Source: Piromyces finnis finn
Lineage: Eukaryota > Fungi > Neocallimastigomycota
Direction of reading: 5' to 3'
DNA: 64,000 nt
Assembly: GCA_002104945.1 (NCBI GenBank)
Contig: MCFH01000005.1
Location: 1,178,001 to 1,242,000 of the forward strand
The notes under the pieces are model-generated. The model was given only the letters and a program-made list of their open reading frames with translations, was not told where the DNA came from and did no database searches. The position numbers and the translations under genes are program-made. Of this stretch, positions 15,699 through 36,789 are shown one piece after another; the stretch's first letter is position 1; each line of letters opens with the position of its first letter.

Positions 15699-15731
<33 letters not shown>

Positions 15732-18700
15732 AAATAATTCCTGTAGTGTGTAGGAAGCTACATTTCAGTAAGTTTAGTAAGGGATACCTGATAGCAATAA
15801 GTAAAAGAGCCTGCTTTACAGATTTCTTAGTATAAATTGTAAAAAAAAAAAAAAAAAGTTTAACGATTTATAAAACTTTTTTTTTTTTTTTACGTTTTTA
15901 CATTTTTATTATTCATAGGTGTGAACAATATAAAAATAAAATACACAAGTAGGAAGGAGGGGAAAAAAAAAAAAAAAAGTATAGATAGACTACTTTTAAT
16001 TTATACTCGAAAAGAATAGAGGATAGATGACATTCCTTTTAAAGAAATATCAATATTTTTATTTTTATTGCTACTTCTTCTTCTTCATGGTAAAACTACT
16101 ATTACTTTTTAACGAATCCACCTTACAAATCAAAAGGGAATAAATCTTTTGTGAAACAACAACCACCATTGAAACAACCGACAGGATTTTTTTTTTTTTT
16201 TTTTTTTTTTTTATAAGGATCTTTATTTAATTATAATGAGAGAGAGAATATGTCGATAATTAACAAAAAAAAAAAAAAAAACATTTTAATATTTACTTTA
16301 CATCCATAAAGTCTAATAAATAAAATTCATTCAGAATACTTACTCCTAAAAAAATGTTTATAGGAGAATAAAAGAGTTTTCTCTTTTCTAGGTAGAGTCA
16401 CATCACCACCATCACCTTTTCCTAGTTTATATTTTCCTTTTTTTTTATTATTATTATTATTATTTAAAATTAGGGATGGATTCGCCCACTCACCCAACTA
16501 TACACATTGTTGAGTTTTCATCTCAACAATTTTTACAACTATTTAATAGCTTTTATTCATTTTGTTTTTAACTCGTGATCTATATTTATTTCTTCATTCC
16601 AGAATAGATTTAATAAAAAAAAAAAAAAAAGTTAATAAAATCATGCGACGACATCATAGTCATAATATGTGTACAACATAAAAAATAAAAGATTTCAACT
16701 TTAAAAAAAGTCAACCAGCCAGTACACATTTATTCTAAACCTAAAAAACTATATTTTTTTAAAAAAAAAAAAAAAAAAAAAATGCTTCTAAAAATATATT
16801 TCTTTTTAATAGTTTAAATAATACAATTTCAGTATTCTTTTTTGTTTGGTTATTTGTTTGTTTGTTAAATTATTCATGAATAACTAAATTTTATGAAAAT
16901 TTCAGCAACTAATACATAATCGATGAGGTGAAACTGGTCCTTTTTTTTTTTTTGAAAAAAAAAAAAAGTTATCATACTTATTAATAGTATTGGTTAAAAA
17001 AAATAATAATAATAATAATTTTAATAGAAATCAAAAAATGTATAAAATTAATAATAACAGTAATAGAAGAATAAATATATCATGGTAGCTCTTTTTTTTC
17101 TAATAAAAAATGATATTAACATTGTTAATATTTTATTCAATAGATTTGTTTAAAAAAAAAATTCAGTAATTAGAAACATTAAAAAAAAAAAGGTCAATAA
17201 AAACAACTATTATTAAGAAGGTATCCTAACTTTACCTTTTTATAAATTTTTAAAACTCTTGAAAATCAAATATAATCATTCTATTTGCTTTTTTTTTTTT
17301 TTTTTTTTTTATCTTTTCTTTTATCTAACATGGTATATATATATATATTTAAATGTTTAGCCCTATATAGTTTTTCTAACGATTCAAAATATATATATAA
17401 TTTTGTGTTTTATAAATTATCCTATTATATCTATTATATATATATATCTCTTTATTCTTTTACTATTAGTATGATAAGAGTGATGATGCTATTTCAATTT
17501 CCAAAGATAACAATAATAATTGTATAATTCATAATATAAATCAAAATCAACTTTATTTCAAAAATACATTGAAATAAATACAAAAAATATTCAACTTATT
17601 TTTTAATCTTTTATATATATTATATGATTACTAGTTTTTAAACTAACAAGTCATATTCCATAAAAAAAATTAAATTTTTTATGGTGGTGGTTGGTGGTTG
17701 AGCTTCTTTTTTTTTTTTTTTTTTTTTTTTTTGAAAATAAAAATATGAATAAAATTAATATTTGTAGCTTAATCAAAAAAAAAAAAGTAGATAATAATAA
17801 TATTTATTATTACTGTTGTTGTTCATGATAAAATAAAATGATAACTTTTTTTAAATAAAACATGGATAATAAACAAAAATTTTTATTTTTGTTTATTTCT
17901 TCAATAGTATATTAATATGGAAATAATGAAATATAAAATTATCATTCCAACAAAATAAAAAAAAAAAAAAAAAAGCAAACTAAATTTAAACTTTATAATA
18001 TATTAAAAAGTAATTCTATAAATTGATATTAATTATTTCTTTTTTTTATAAAAAAATTGGTATATAAATAAAAAAAAAATTGTTATTAAATATTTATATT
18101 TTTATTAAAGCTATCCATTAGTATCCGTAATTAATAATCTACTTTTTTTTTTAAGAAAAAATAGTATTATCTCTAGTCACTTTAATTACATTTATAATTT
18201 CATTTGATAGTTAAAATAATTAATTTTCATAAAGGGTTAAGTCAAATAATGAATTAAATTAATCTAATCCCTATGCCATCTCAAAAAAAAAAAAAAAAAC
18301 CATTTTAAAAATATATTATTTTAAACAATAATAAAAAAAAATACATTATTATATAAAAAAATAAAAAAAAATGTGTTTATTTAAAAATTAAATATTATGT
18401 AACCAAAGTAATAAGGAAATAAGGAATTATTAATTTTTTTTGTTATTTCAATCAATCTTTTCTATTAATTCTATAATTTAATATTGGATATGATGTAACT
18501 ACTTAAAAGCTTAGAATTAATATTGATATACATAAAAAAAGCAAGAAACAAAATAATATTTATTAAAAGTTTTAATTCAATTCTATAGTACAACAAGTCA
18601 AAACAATTATATACAATTAATGAACTTTTAGTAAAAAAAAGTAATATTTAAAATATATAAATAAAGGATTAGAATTTTAAAAATTAAAGGATAAAAAATT

Positions 18701-19329
18701 TTTGTATATTATATATAGAGGAATAAAAGCAATAAAACTTGGATTTCACAACTGGAAAGTTTACTAAAGTAAATATTGTATCTTTTATTTATTTAAAGAA
18801 TAGATATGAGTATTTTTTTTTAAAAAAAAAGATAAATAAATAAATAAATAAATAATAGCTTTTTATTTTATTTTATTATTATAAAAGCATTAAATTAAAA
18901 AAAAAAAAGTAGATAAATTATTATTATAATATAAATGACTATTTTTATTTTTTTGTATAATATATTTATAATCTATTTATATATTAAGAAAACTTTCAAC
19001 TTTGGTATAGAATTAGTTGTTGGTTTATTGAGTGTAGGATAAGGGTAGTTTTATATTTATTTTTAAATCTAATTATTAAGAAAAGGCTTTGAAAAAAGTA
19101 ATAATAATAAAAAATAATAGTAATCTTAAATGCTATAATTAGAATAATAATAATAATACTACAAATAATAATAATATTAATAATAACAATAATAATAGGT
19201 ATTATTTATTTATTTATTTATTTATTATATCTATATTTTTACTATTATTTATGTTTAAGGGATGAATCAAATTTTTAATATAATAATAATTAGAATAATA
19301 ATAATAGAATATAGAATTGGAATTGTAAA

Positions 19330-19945
<616 letters not shown>

Positions 19946-22900
19946 TTTAGAATTTAAAAAGGAAATTAAATTTTTAATTCTTCTGGTAAATCAATCCACT
20001 AAATATATTATCAATCGATTGTAATCAATTGAAATAATAAATATAAAATTTTTTTAGTGTTACATTTTTTTTTTGTATGTAAAGTGGTGGTAGCCTGTTT
20101 AGAAAAGGTTTTTATAAAAAAAAAGTTAACATTTGAATGAACGAAACTGAAACCATTCTATTTTTATGTTTTACCCAGCAAGTTAATATTTTATTTTTTT
20201 TAATAATCTATTTGTCTATCTATTATACTAAGAATGAATAATAATATGCGTATTAATATTTTCCCTATTAAACAAAAGTACAAAATATTTATTACATTGA
20301 TAAACCATTTCTTTTTCTTTTTTTTCTACTTTTAATATTAATAAAAACATTAACAATAAGCAATTAATTACTATTATTATTATTATTAGTTTTCAATAAC
20401 GAGCTAACAAATTAACTTTATCATAAAATTTTTATTTTTTTTAAATGCATATTACACTAATGTAAAGAGAAAAAAAGTTTCCATAACGATTTCTCTCATT
20501 TTTTTTTTTTAGTAATATTTATTAAGAATAAATAAAAAAAAATACTTGTAAAAAAGGGTAATTATCTTGTTTAATTTTACTCTAAAGAAATTCATAATCT
20601 CAATTTGGAATATTTATTTATATAAACAACAACAACAACAAAATGTGTGTACTAGATTTCTAGTAAAAAATTTTTTTTTCATTTTTTACTTATTTAGCGG
20701 TAGGTCTTTTTTTTAAAACATTTTTTTTTGTATAAGTTATGAAACCAATAAAACAATAAAAATCATGGCCGTAAAAAATAAAAAAAAAATGGTTGTACAA
20801 CATCACCATATTTTATCTAATTTTTATAAAAAAACATGCTTTTTTTTTTCACGTTTTTTATTTTATTTTGTATTACCTAAAAACTCTTTATTTTTCTTAA
20901 AAAACAAACAATCAATCTACCTATGCTTTACTAAAGAAACACACCAAAACTAAGTGATGCTACCACCACTACAAAAGTTTATGAAAATTTTATTTTTTAA
21001 TAGCAAAAAAAAAAAAGAAATGCAGGGTTTCTATTTATAATATATTTGATTACATTTTAATATATTTCATCTATTTATTATTTATATATAAAAATTCTTT
21101 TGTTAAAGGGTAAAAACTTTTTTTTCTATTCTATTAAAAAAGAAAATAAAAATTCTATGGAAAAGGAGTGGTTTTCCATTTAAAAGTTGTTGTCATTTTA
21201 TTATTCAAAGTATAAAATATTAAATATTCTATACTTTATTGGGTTTAAAGGCTCACATTTGGTATCATCATTCTCTTTTTTTTTTTTTTATACGTCAATG
21301 ACTTTGATGATGGCATAAAGAATTAGTATCTTTAATTAAAATGAATTTTTTTTAATAATTAAACTATGGAATGAATCTATATTAAAATGTAAATGTCATC
21401 ATACCATTATATCCTTCATATTAAATGGTAAAATTTAGATTAAGAATATGTTTTTTTCCTTTTTGAATAATCCTTCATCCCATCAACCCTTTTCAATAAA
21501 AGTCTTTTTTTTAACATAATTTTCTTATTATTATTTAGTAGTTCATCATCATTTTATATTATTTTAACACCTAGATTCTATCTTTTTATCCATCCTCTTC
21601 ATTATCCTACTACTATTTACTTTTTAAATTGATTGTGGGCTTTGAAATTTTTATTATTAAAAAAATGAAAAGGAAATCTTTTTTTTTTTGTATTATATAT
21701 TATTATATATTATGATTATATTGTATTATATTGTTAATATATACGATAAAACATTTCTATAAAAGGGAAAATTCAGAGTTAATTAATATTGTTGTATTAC
21801 AATGAAATTATAATAAATTATTTTATATTTATTCCATATATTAATTAATATATTACAATTAACATAAATTGAATTAATTAATATATTATAATTACTATAA
21901 ATTATATTAATTTCTTTTAATATTTTCTATTGAATATGTATTATTATTATTTCAAAAAAAGTGCACTTTTAAAAATAAAATTCTATAAAGCGGTTTAAAC
22001 TACCACTAGTACTATCATTTTAGTAGGAATAATGCAAAAAAAAAAAAAAAACTTTATATAACTATTTTCTTAAAAAAAAAAGATAGCATCCTTAATTAAG
22101 GATAAAACATTTTTATACCATTCATGAATACTTTTTTTATTTTTGTACTTTTCATGACAAAACAAATTCATTTATTCTAAATTTATTAAGGAATTAATTT
22201 ATGAAATGAAATGAAAAAAAACTCCTTTTTTTTTTTTTTAACCATTTTATTTTAGGAATATTCTTTTTTTTTATATTCAATAAAAGTAAGCATTAAGTCA
22301 ACAAGCAAACTACTAAAACTAGTAAAAGAGATTAAACTCGTTTTTTTAAAGAATTTGATGTTATTTTATTATTGAAAATGTTAGAATGAACTCAGTAATG
22401 AAGCTTTTTTTTTTTTTATTTTAAATAACTAGAAATGAATATTTAAAAAAGAATCCACTTTTTTTTTTTTTAAAAATATTTATTAAATTTAACGGCAGGT
22501 ACACTAAAAAGGATCTTATTCACAAAAGTGATGAAATAGTTTAATTTTAATCATTATGACAAAGTTTTTTTTTTTTTTTTGTTTTTCCAAATCATTTCTA
22601 TTTCTATTACTATTGTTTTTATTATAAATAATAATATCTATATACTTCATTATTCATATAGAAGGATTCTTTTTTAATTTTTTCATTTTCACCTAATTTT
22701 CTATTAATATTTACTTCTTTTTTGTGTTAATTGAAATTAAATCATAATACTAAATCATTGTATTAATCATCAGGAAAACACAATATTTACCATAAATTTA
22801 TGGTTTTTATATTTAATTTATTCCTAAATTTATTAATAATCTATGAAATTTTATTTCGTGATAATCAGCTGATTATTCTTTTTTTTTATTACCTAAAGAA

Positions 22901-25440
22901 TATTCTAAAACTAAAATAGGATTTTTGGTTAGGATGAAATAGAAAAAAATGTGACAAGATAAAAAAATAAAGAATTATTAACTTTAATTATTATTAAAAT
23001 AAAGACTATTTTTTTTTTAAAAGGTAAAGGTTGATGGTAGGGTGGAGTCAATAGGGATAATGAATAAACTATAAGTTACTGTAGAATGGTTGAAGCAATT
23101 TGATTTTTTATAGGATTCATTAAAATATATTTATACATATTATAATCATATAATCATTTGATAGTCATTATAAAAGTACTTTTATAATTTTTTTTTAAAG
23201 TATATATTACGGTATACAACACTAAGGCATATATATTATTAATAAAGCATGGTGTATATTTTTAAGACATTTCATTACTTTTTTTTTTTATTATGAAGAT
23301 CTATTCTATTAAAAAAAGTGTAAAAAAAAAGGGTGTTATATGGTTATTAATTACTATGATTTCATTGAAATGTCCAAAAAAAAAAAAAAAATAAAAACGA
23401 CCTATAAAATAAAATCAGTAGTCAATAATATCAAGTTAGAAAGTGGATTTTTTAATGGAAAAGAATTTATTGTTTGTTCATTTTACCTTAACCAGTTTAT
23501 TTCCAAAAAAAATCAAATGAATAAAAATTAATGTCATTATTAATAGATAAAACATCTTTAATACTTTTTTTTTTTTTCATTTTTTTCCCTTTAGCATTGG
23601 TATATTGAGGGAATCCTTTTTATGGATCAAGTAAAAATAAGGCCAGTGAACATAACTTTTTCATTTTATTTTTAATAAGAAAATTATAATGGGGGATGAG
23701 GCTTTGATGATCCTTTTTTTTTTTTTTTTTTTTTTCATTTCATATACATACACACTATAGAATGTGTGAGTAGCCTATTTAAGAATATTCTTTTCTATAT
23801 ATAATTTATATATGAAGCAATTTATTAATGATATATGAAAAAAAAATAAACTTATTATGATTTAGTACCACATCATAGATCGTCAAATGAATTTTTCTAT
23901 ATAAAAGTATATTGTATTAAGAATACTTACGTATACCTATATCATTCTCATAAATAAATATTTTAAAATATTTTTATTCTCACAAATAAATATATATGTA
24001 TTTTTAAGTTAATATTTAATTTTATAGACAAGTATTTAGGCCACAGTTATACCAACAAATTTCATAAAATAAGTTTTATTCTATATGGAAGGAATCAAAG
24101 TACCGATCATTTATTCAATACTAAAAAGAAATGGATCAATGATACAATTTATTATTATCATTAATGAATTTAATTAAATAATATATTATGAATATATGAA
24201 TTAATACTATTGCATTTATTAATTTTTCTAAAAACGTTTTTTTTTTACAAAGTGAAACATTGTTAGGTATAATGCCTTAATATATCACAATATATAACAA
24301 AAATTAATTGGCTAATATAGTATATTAAATTATTTAATTAAAATATAATTTCCTTTCCATTTAAATAAATGATGGAAAAATTGATAGCGCATTGATTGAG
24401 TAAAAAAAATAAAGGTAAATGCACTATGCATTACATTATATTTTTATTGCATAAAGTAAGGTATAAATGATGGAAATAATGAAAGAAATATTAAAGCTTA
24501 AATTGCTGATTATCCTACTTTTTTTAAGGATAGAAACATCTTTCATTATTATACATAAATCAATAGATTTTTAAAAATGATAATGATGGAAAGAATATTA
24601 ATTTACATCAATATATTATTTAATAAACTCTAATTTTATGAATGAATTATATTTAATATAAATGTTATATATATTATTCATATATTAATATTTTATGGAT
24701 AATTTAATGACATTGAATGTCAAAAGATTAAAATTTTAAACTTTTTTTTCATCAGTAGAATTAAATTAATTAATTTTGAAATTAAAAATTAATTTATTTC
24801 ATTACTCTTACAATATATTGCGGTCATATATTATAATATAATGTATAATATGGTAAAAATTTAATTAATAATCAGTGTATTTCCTAAAAATAGAACGAAA
24901 AATTTTAGAATTTGTAATTTTATTTAATTTAATTAATTAATATATTAAAAGTAAACTATAATATATATTTAATTCATTTTATTATTTGTCAACATTTTTT
25001 TTTTTTGATAAAAGAAAAAAGAATAAAAAAAAAAGGTGTAGGTGAAAATAAACAATCTTTTATTATGAAGGCCAAAGCTTTATGAGGGTATTGAAACTAA
25101 ACGAATATCAATACATTTTTAATGTAGATTAATTAATTTATAATATTGAAATTTTTATAAAAATTGTATTAAATAAACTAAATAAATATATATATTTTGC
25201 CATGTCCACTTTTATGGAGTTTTTTTTTTTTTACCACCCTTTATCTTATTTAATTTTAGATACATTTTTTATTTTGGATAAAATGTAATATACCAAATAT
25301 GTAAATCTTGTACTACATCATTTCACTAAAATAAGAATAATTAAATTTTATTTAATAAAAATAAAATTTTGTATCATAAGAAAAAATTTAAACAAAAAAA
25401 AATAGATCGAGTCATATAGAAACGATACAAATAGAAATAA

Positions 25441-25560
25441 ATAATTAAAATGTTAATTAAATGAATAGATCCATTATTAAATAATTAAAATGTTAATTAA
25501 ATGAATAGATCCATTATTAAATAAATAAAATGTTAATTAAAGGGATAGCTACATTATTAA
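25441..25560. repeat. 40-bp tandem repeat, three copies
   Basis: ATAATTAAAATGTTAATTAAATGAATAGATCCATTATTAA occurs identically at 25441 and 25481, with a diverged third copy at 25521. Confidence 0.9.
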
Positions 25561-25643
25561 ATAAATAATAATAATAATAATAATAGCAACAAATAAGCAT
25601 AATATCAAAAGAATAGTTTTATTTCTTCCATCCATACAATACC

Positions 25644-25992
25644 TATACAACATACAATACCCTTAAAATATCCTTTCATGACTCTATACATTTTTTTCTT
25701 TTGTGGATAGATTTTTGATAGATATAAATGTTTCAAAAAGAAGTGCTACGCCATTTTGTATATTTTTTTTGTTTTGTATATAATATATAATGAATTTGAG
25801 TTTTTTTTTCATTTAACTTGATTTGGATTTAATTAATTAAATTTTAATAATTATAAAACTCTTTTAATAATCATAGAAAAAAGAGGGTCACTTGTTAAGT
25901 ATAGCACTTCAACCCAAAAATAAACCTTAAATATTTCTGAGGAGAGTATAGAGTCATACAAAGGTATAAGATGTAAGATGAATGGTTGTATA
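25644..25992. repeat. Degenerate inverted repeat (foldback or MITE-like relic)
   Basis: ATGACTCTATAC (ending 25689) pairs with GTATAGAGTCAT (starting 25946). TATACAAC (25644) pairs with GTTGTATA (25985). A nested pair GAAGTGCTA (25740) / TAGCACTTC (25902) lies between them. Confidence 0.5.
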
Positions 25993-28900
25993 TAAACTAC
26001 ATTTTATAGAATAATGAAAGGATAGTATTTTAATAGAAGAAGAAGAATAATAAAGCATTATTATTGATATTAAAAGTTAGGTATATCCTGTTTCCTATCT
26101 TTTTATTTTCTTTGTCATCCTTTTTTTCATGAAAAATACTTTTTTTAAATGTCACATTTTGTTCCATCAAATCAATATATTATTAATATACTAAAAATAT
26201 ATATTTAATATATTTTAAACTATTATTAATATATGTTGCCAATAAAATTAATACAAATTTAATATATTATTTTCCATTCTAACTTTAATGGAAATTAAAA
26301 TATAAAACATTTGAAAGTAAAAAAAAAGGTCAATGTAGAATCAAAAAAAAAAAAACAACAACAACAAAAGAAACTAGTCTTTTTTTTTTTTTTACAATAT
26401 ATATCTAGTCTTTTTTTTTCATTTTTTATAAGTGTTTAAAAAAAAAAGCAATCCAAAATGAAATAAAAGCAAGTGTAATTTATACAATTCATTTTCACAT
26501 GAATAGAACTCTCTGTTAAACGGCGGTGAATTTTTATTTTATTTCCTATTGAAGGATTATTGGGGATTTCTAATTTTTCTATTAAATGTTTCATTTTATT
26601 AAAGATAATATTTAATAATAATATTTAATTATAGGCTTATTATAACAAAATATTAAATAATAATAATACTATTATTATTATAGTATAAAATAGTATAAAA
26701 TATAAAATATAAAATATTATTTAATATTTAGTATTATACCAACATTAATTATTATAGTAAAATGCGTTTCATTGTTTTTTTTTTTTTAGTTTAAAAATAA
26801 ATTTAAATTTTATTGGTGGAGCGTATCTTTTAGTGACAGATTAAATTGTTTATTTTATTACATTTGGTTTTTTTTTTATTTTAATTTTATTTTTATCTTT
26901 ATTCATATGTCATTCTATATAATACTTTATTTTTTTAAGAAAATAAAGGTAAAGAAAAAGTGTTAAATACCATATCACATAACTACTATGAATAGCTATA
27001 AAAAAAAAGGCATATAGTACCTTTACTTTTTCTTTTATTTCTAATGCTTATGTAGCAGCAGTAAGGCTTTTATTTTTTTTTAATTGACATGCGATTAAAA
27101 ATTTTTTTAATGAGGATATTTCTAATATATTATAATTATATTATATTCCTATTGACCATTAATTTTTATAATTATTTAATACATTGGTAATATATTATTA
27201 TATATAAGTAATTATTGAATTGCAATATAATATAATTATTATTTAATTTATTATTTTATAATATGAATATATTATTTTAACCGTTTATTATTATTTATAA
27301 TTGAATATATTAGGAATATATTGTTTAATAAATGGTAAACTTTATTTATTATTAAATTAATTTGTAACTTTTTAATAATTATTTTATATAGTAATTATCA
27401 TAAAAAAAAGTTTAGGTGATGATAAACTTTATTTATTAATATTTTGTATATCTATTCGAATGATACATCATGATATAGAATGAATAGAATCCTATTTCAT
27501 ATTATATTAAATAATATATGGAATATATATATTACTATTAAATTGTAATTTTATCAATTTAAATAAATTAAAAAACATTTTTTTTATTATTAAATTTTTA
27601 ATATTAAATTTTTTTATTATAAAGTGAAGTATTATAAATATTATAAATTATATTTATTAAATATTATTTATTTATTAGTATTATGATGAATGATAATAGA
27701 ATATTTAATTATTTTATTTAATAAAGGGCATCATCATATATTGGATGGAAAATTAAATAAATAAATAAAATGTTTAAAAAAAAATTCTTCTTTTTCTTCT
27801 TTATCCTTTTTTTTATATATATATTTCTTCTTTTTATAATGCCTATTTAACTTTATATTTAATTCCTTTGTTATAGTTAATATTCTAATTGCAATTTTCA
27901 CTTTTTTTTTTTTTTACTTTATAATAACGAATTCAATTCTACTTTTTATTATATTTTTTATCAACGTTACTACCTCAATATTTATTTTAAACCTTGTAAA
28001 AAATATATATATATACTTATACTCTAAAAAAAATAACAAAAAAAAATCGAGGATTTACTATCATTTATATACATAACCAATACAATTTATTATATTTATA
28101 GTTAAAAAAAAAAAAACTAGATACCAACGTAGAAAACGTATATACTTTAGTTTATAAACTAAACCCATAATATATTATATAGATTAAATTGAAAAAAAAA
28201 GAAATTAAATTTAACAAAACATTGCTTAGTTTGAAATAGAATATAAAACTCTAAAAAAAACGAAAGAAAAAAACTAGAAGAATTTATTTTTTTTTATTAA
28301 GTAAATATATATATTGATATTTTTTTATTCATTTATATACATATAAATTTGGTTTAAATTTAAATTAGTTTATATATAAAAATTTAATAATAATAATAAT
28401 TATATATAAGAATTTAATAATAATAATAATAATAATAATAGTAACAAAAAAAAAATAAAAAATAAAAATATATATATGAGGCTTCATACTAAGATAAAAT
28501 AAAATCAAAATTTAAAAGTTTTATCTATTAGTCTACTTTTATCAAAATATTAGATAGATAGATATAAAATAAAATTATACCATTACACTAAATAAAGAAA
28601 AACCAAAGTTTAAAACTTATAGTTATCAAACTATTACTGATAACTGAAGAGTGTGAATAATAATAATAATAATAAAAAAAAACTTTTTTTTTATTATAAA
28701 AGTTAACGAAAATTATTTTATATTTAAAAATAACTTTTATTTTGTAGGAAAAGTCATGAAAAATTCAACTATTTATTATTCAAAGAGAATATAGTGAACA
28801 AAAAGGAAGAAAAAAGAATTGTAGAGAAGGAATAATATAGCACTAGAATTTTATTATTTTTAATATTTATTTACAAACTACACTACATTACATACACCTA

Positions 28901-29192
28901 ATCTAATAGAAAAAAAAAGAGAAAAAAGAATAAAAAAGTTTAAAAGTAGAAACAACAATAACAATAACCTTGTTTAAGTTAATAAAGGTTAAAAAAAAAT
29001 CAATTTATATTTATTTGTTTTTATAAAATAAAAATAGTTAGTAGGAAAAAAAAATAACTGTCACAAATAATAGGTATATTCAATAGTATTCATATTAATT
29101 AAAAAAAAAACTTTGATTTTTTTGTGGAGAAATAAGGATTAATTTTTAAATATTTTATTATGAATAAATATAGTATATAAAAAAGTTATATC

Positions 29193-34280
<5,088 letters not shown>

Positions 34281-36758
34281 GACAAAAATAACTTTTCTAA
34301 AAAAAAAAACAACTTTTGACAATAACAAAACATCATTTTTAGTACTTTAAAAATTCCAACTAGTAATACAAAACCCATTTATAATTTTGGTAAAAAAAAA
34401 AAATATAGTTACAATAGTATTTATAAATTTATTTTTTTTCATCATTTATTATTTCAATTATATTATTATCTTGTATAGATACAAGATATACAAGATAATA
34501 GATACATTATTTATGCATCATTTATCTTTTAATATAAGTATTATATGCTTTATTATATAATACATTACACTATTATTGTATGTTTTTTTTTATAAAAAAA
34601 AATAACAAAGAGTATTTTATTGTTATTTTTTTTGTAAACTTTTTTTTATTTAACTATTTCTAGTTCTATAGTTTTTTTTTTTTAAATTAAATTAATTTTT
34701 ATTTAATTTATATATATATAATTTTTTTTCATTAATTTAAATAGTATAACTGAATAAAGAAATAAAAAATAAAAAGACAAAAAATATCAAGTAAAAAAAA
34801 CTTTTTAAAGTTTCCAATTTTTTTTTTTTCATCCTAAGCATTAAAAAAAAAAAAGATCGTTTGATGATGATTTGATTGTACTTTTTTAAAGTTTTTTTTT
34901 TAATCCAATGAATACAAAAAAGCTTAAATAGTAAAATGTAGAAATTAGTTTCCAATTTTTTTTTTTTTTTTTTAAAATTAGTTTTCAAATAATTAAAGGA
35001 TACGATAAAAATAGATTTAAAATTTTTAAATACACTTAATATAAAAAATAAAAGCCTAATAAAACCTTGCTTTTTTCATTTTTTTTTTTTTTTATTTTTT
35101 CTCATAAAGAAATTAAAAAAAAATTAAATAATGAAATGTATCCTATTTTGAGAAAAGAAATAAAAATAAATAATTAAATAATAATAAAAAATTGGGTTTA
35201 AAAATGTTTTTTTTTTTTTTTTTTTTTTTAATCCCTTTTTCCATATTTTAATATTTTAATATTTTTATTTTTATTTTTATTTTTTTTACTTTTATTATGG
35301 AAAACTTTTTGATCCTCCTTTTTTTTTTTTTTAAAATCATCAAAAATAAACCATTTTTATATAACATAAAAATTTAATCTTTTTTTTTTTTTTTTTTTTT
35401 TAATAATTACTATCACTTTATTATGGAAATTTTCATTATATTTAATAAAATACTATAATTCATCAATAATTCTTTTCATTGCTTTTTTTTTTTTTTTTTT
35501 TTTTTCTTATTACCACCACTACCATTTTATTTATCTTTTAGTGGTTTTTTTTTTTTTTTTTTTTTGTTACCATTTATTGAATATAAAAAATAATTATAAT
35601 ATATAAAATATAATTTTTCAATAGAGTCAAGTCAATTGGAATAAATTAAATTTTAAATTAATTTAATATATATTTCTAAAGGGTTAAAAACTAAAATTTA
35701 TTTATTTTATTCATTTATTTAATTTTTTAATTTGCACTTTTAAAGTTTTAAGTAAAATAGAAATAAAATAGAAATAATTATATATAAATTATTATAAATA
35801 TATATATAAAATATTATTTAAAAATAATATTAAAAATATTTTAAATAAAATAAAATAAAAAAAAAAAAAAATAAAAATAAATAAAGAAAGAAAAAAAAAT
35901 AATAAAAAATAAAATAATAAAAAATAAAATAATAAAAAATAATATATTATATTTTTATTTATTTATTTTTATTTTAAATTCTCTTTTTATTATTTTCTCC
36001 TATTTTTCCTTTTTTTTTTTTTTTACTTACACAACTTTTAAATTTTATAATAAATTTTAAATTTAAAAAAAAAAAAATATATATATAGAAATATCTATTA
36101 TTAATGCCATTCTATTAAATAAATAATATTATTAATAATAATAATAATATTGACAATAACGATAACAACGACAGCAATAATACAATAACAATACCAATTT
36201 ATATAATTATATATCAATATATATTTTAAATCATTTGTAGTATAGTATCTATCATTTTGAACTTTTTAGTATATAATTATTATTATTATTATTTTTTTTT
36301 TAAAAAAATTATATATATATATATTAAAATAAAGTTTAAAGTCATAAAATGAATTAAGAGTATAAGGAAAGGAAAAAAAAAAAAAAAAGAGATAATATCC
36401 ATAGATACAATTTTTTTTTTATTTATTTATATTTTTTAAAATTAGCATTTGTTCATTGGTATCTCTCTTATTTAATATATATACATTTATTTTTTTTTAA
36501 AAATTATTATTGAACAAAGATACTTTTTCACGAAATAGGTATTCTTATTCACTAATAATAAATAAATAGTAGTAATAATAAAAAACTAGTAAATATCTTT
36601 TACACATACATATATATAATATACATATAACTTAAAAAAAAAAGATAATAGTTAAATAAAAAACTATTACTTATCTATATCTTTAAATATATGTATAATT
36701 ATTCTTTGTAATAAAAGATAACTATAGAAATTTTATTATAGTTTATTTTTTATTAAAG

Positions 36759-36789
<31 letters not shown>

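Noticed and set aside
16915-16945. CGATGAGGTGAAAC resembling a hammerhead ribozyme core
   Set aside because: It lacks the CUGAUGA consensus and there is no room for stem II; flanking stems are not found.
25441-25560. CRISPR-like array
   Set aside because: The repeats are contiguous with no spacers, and the context is eukaryotic with no cas genes.
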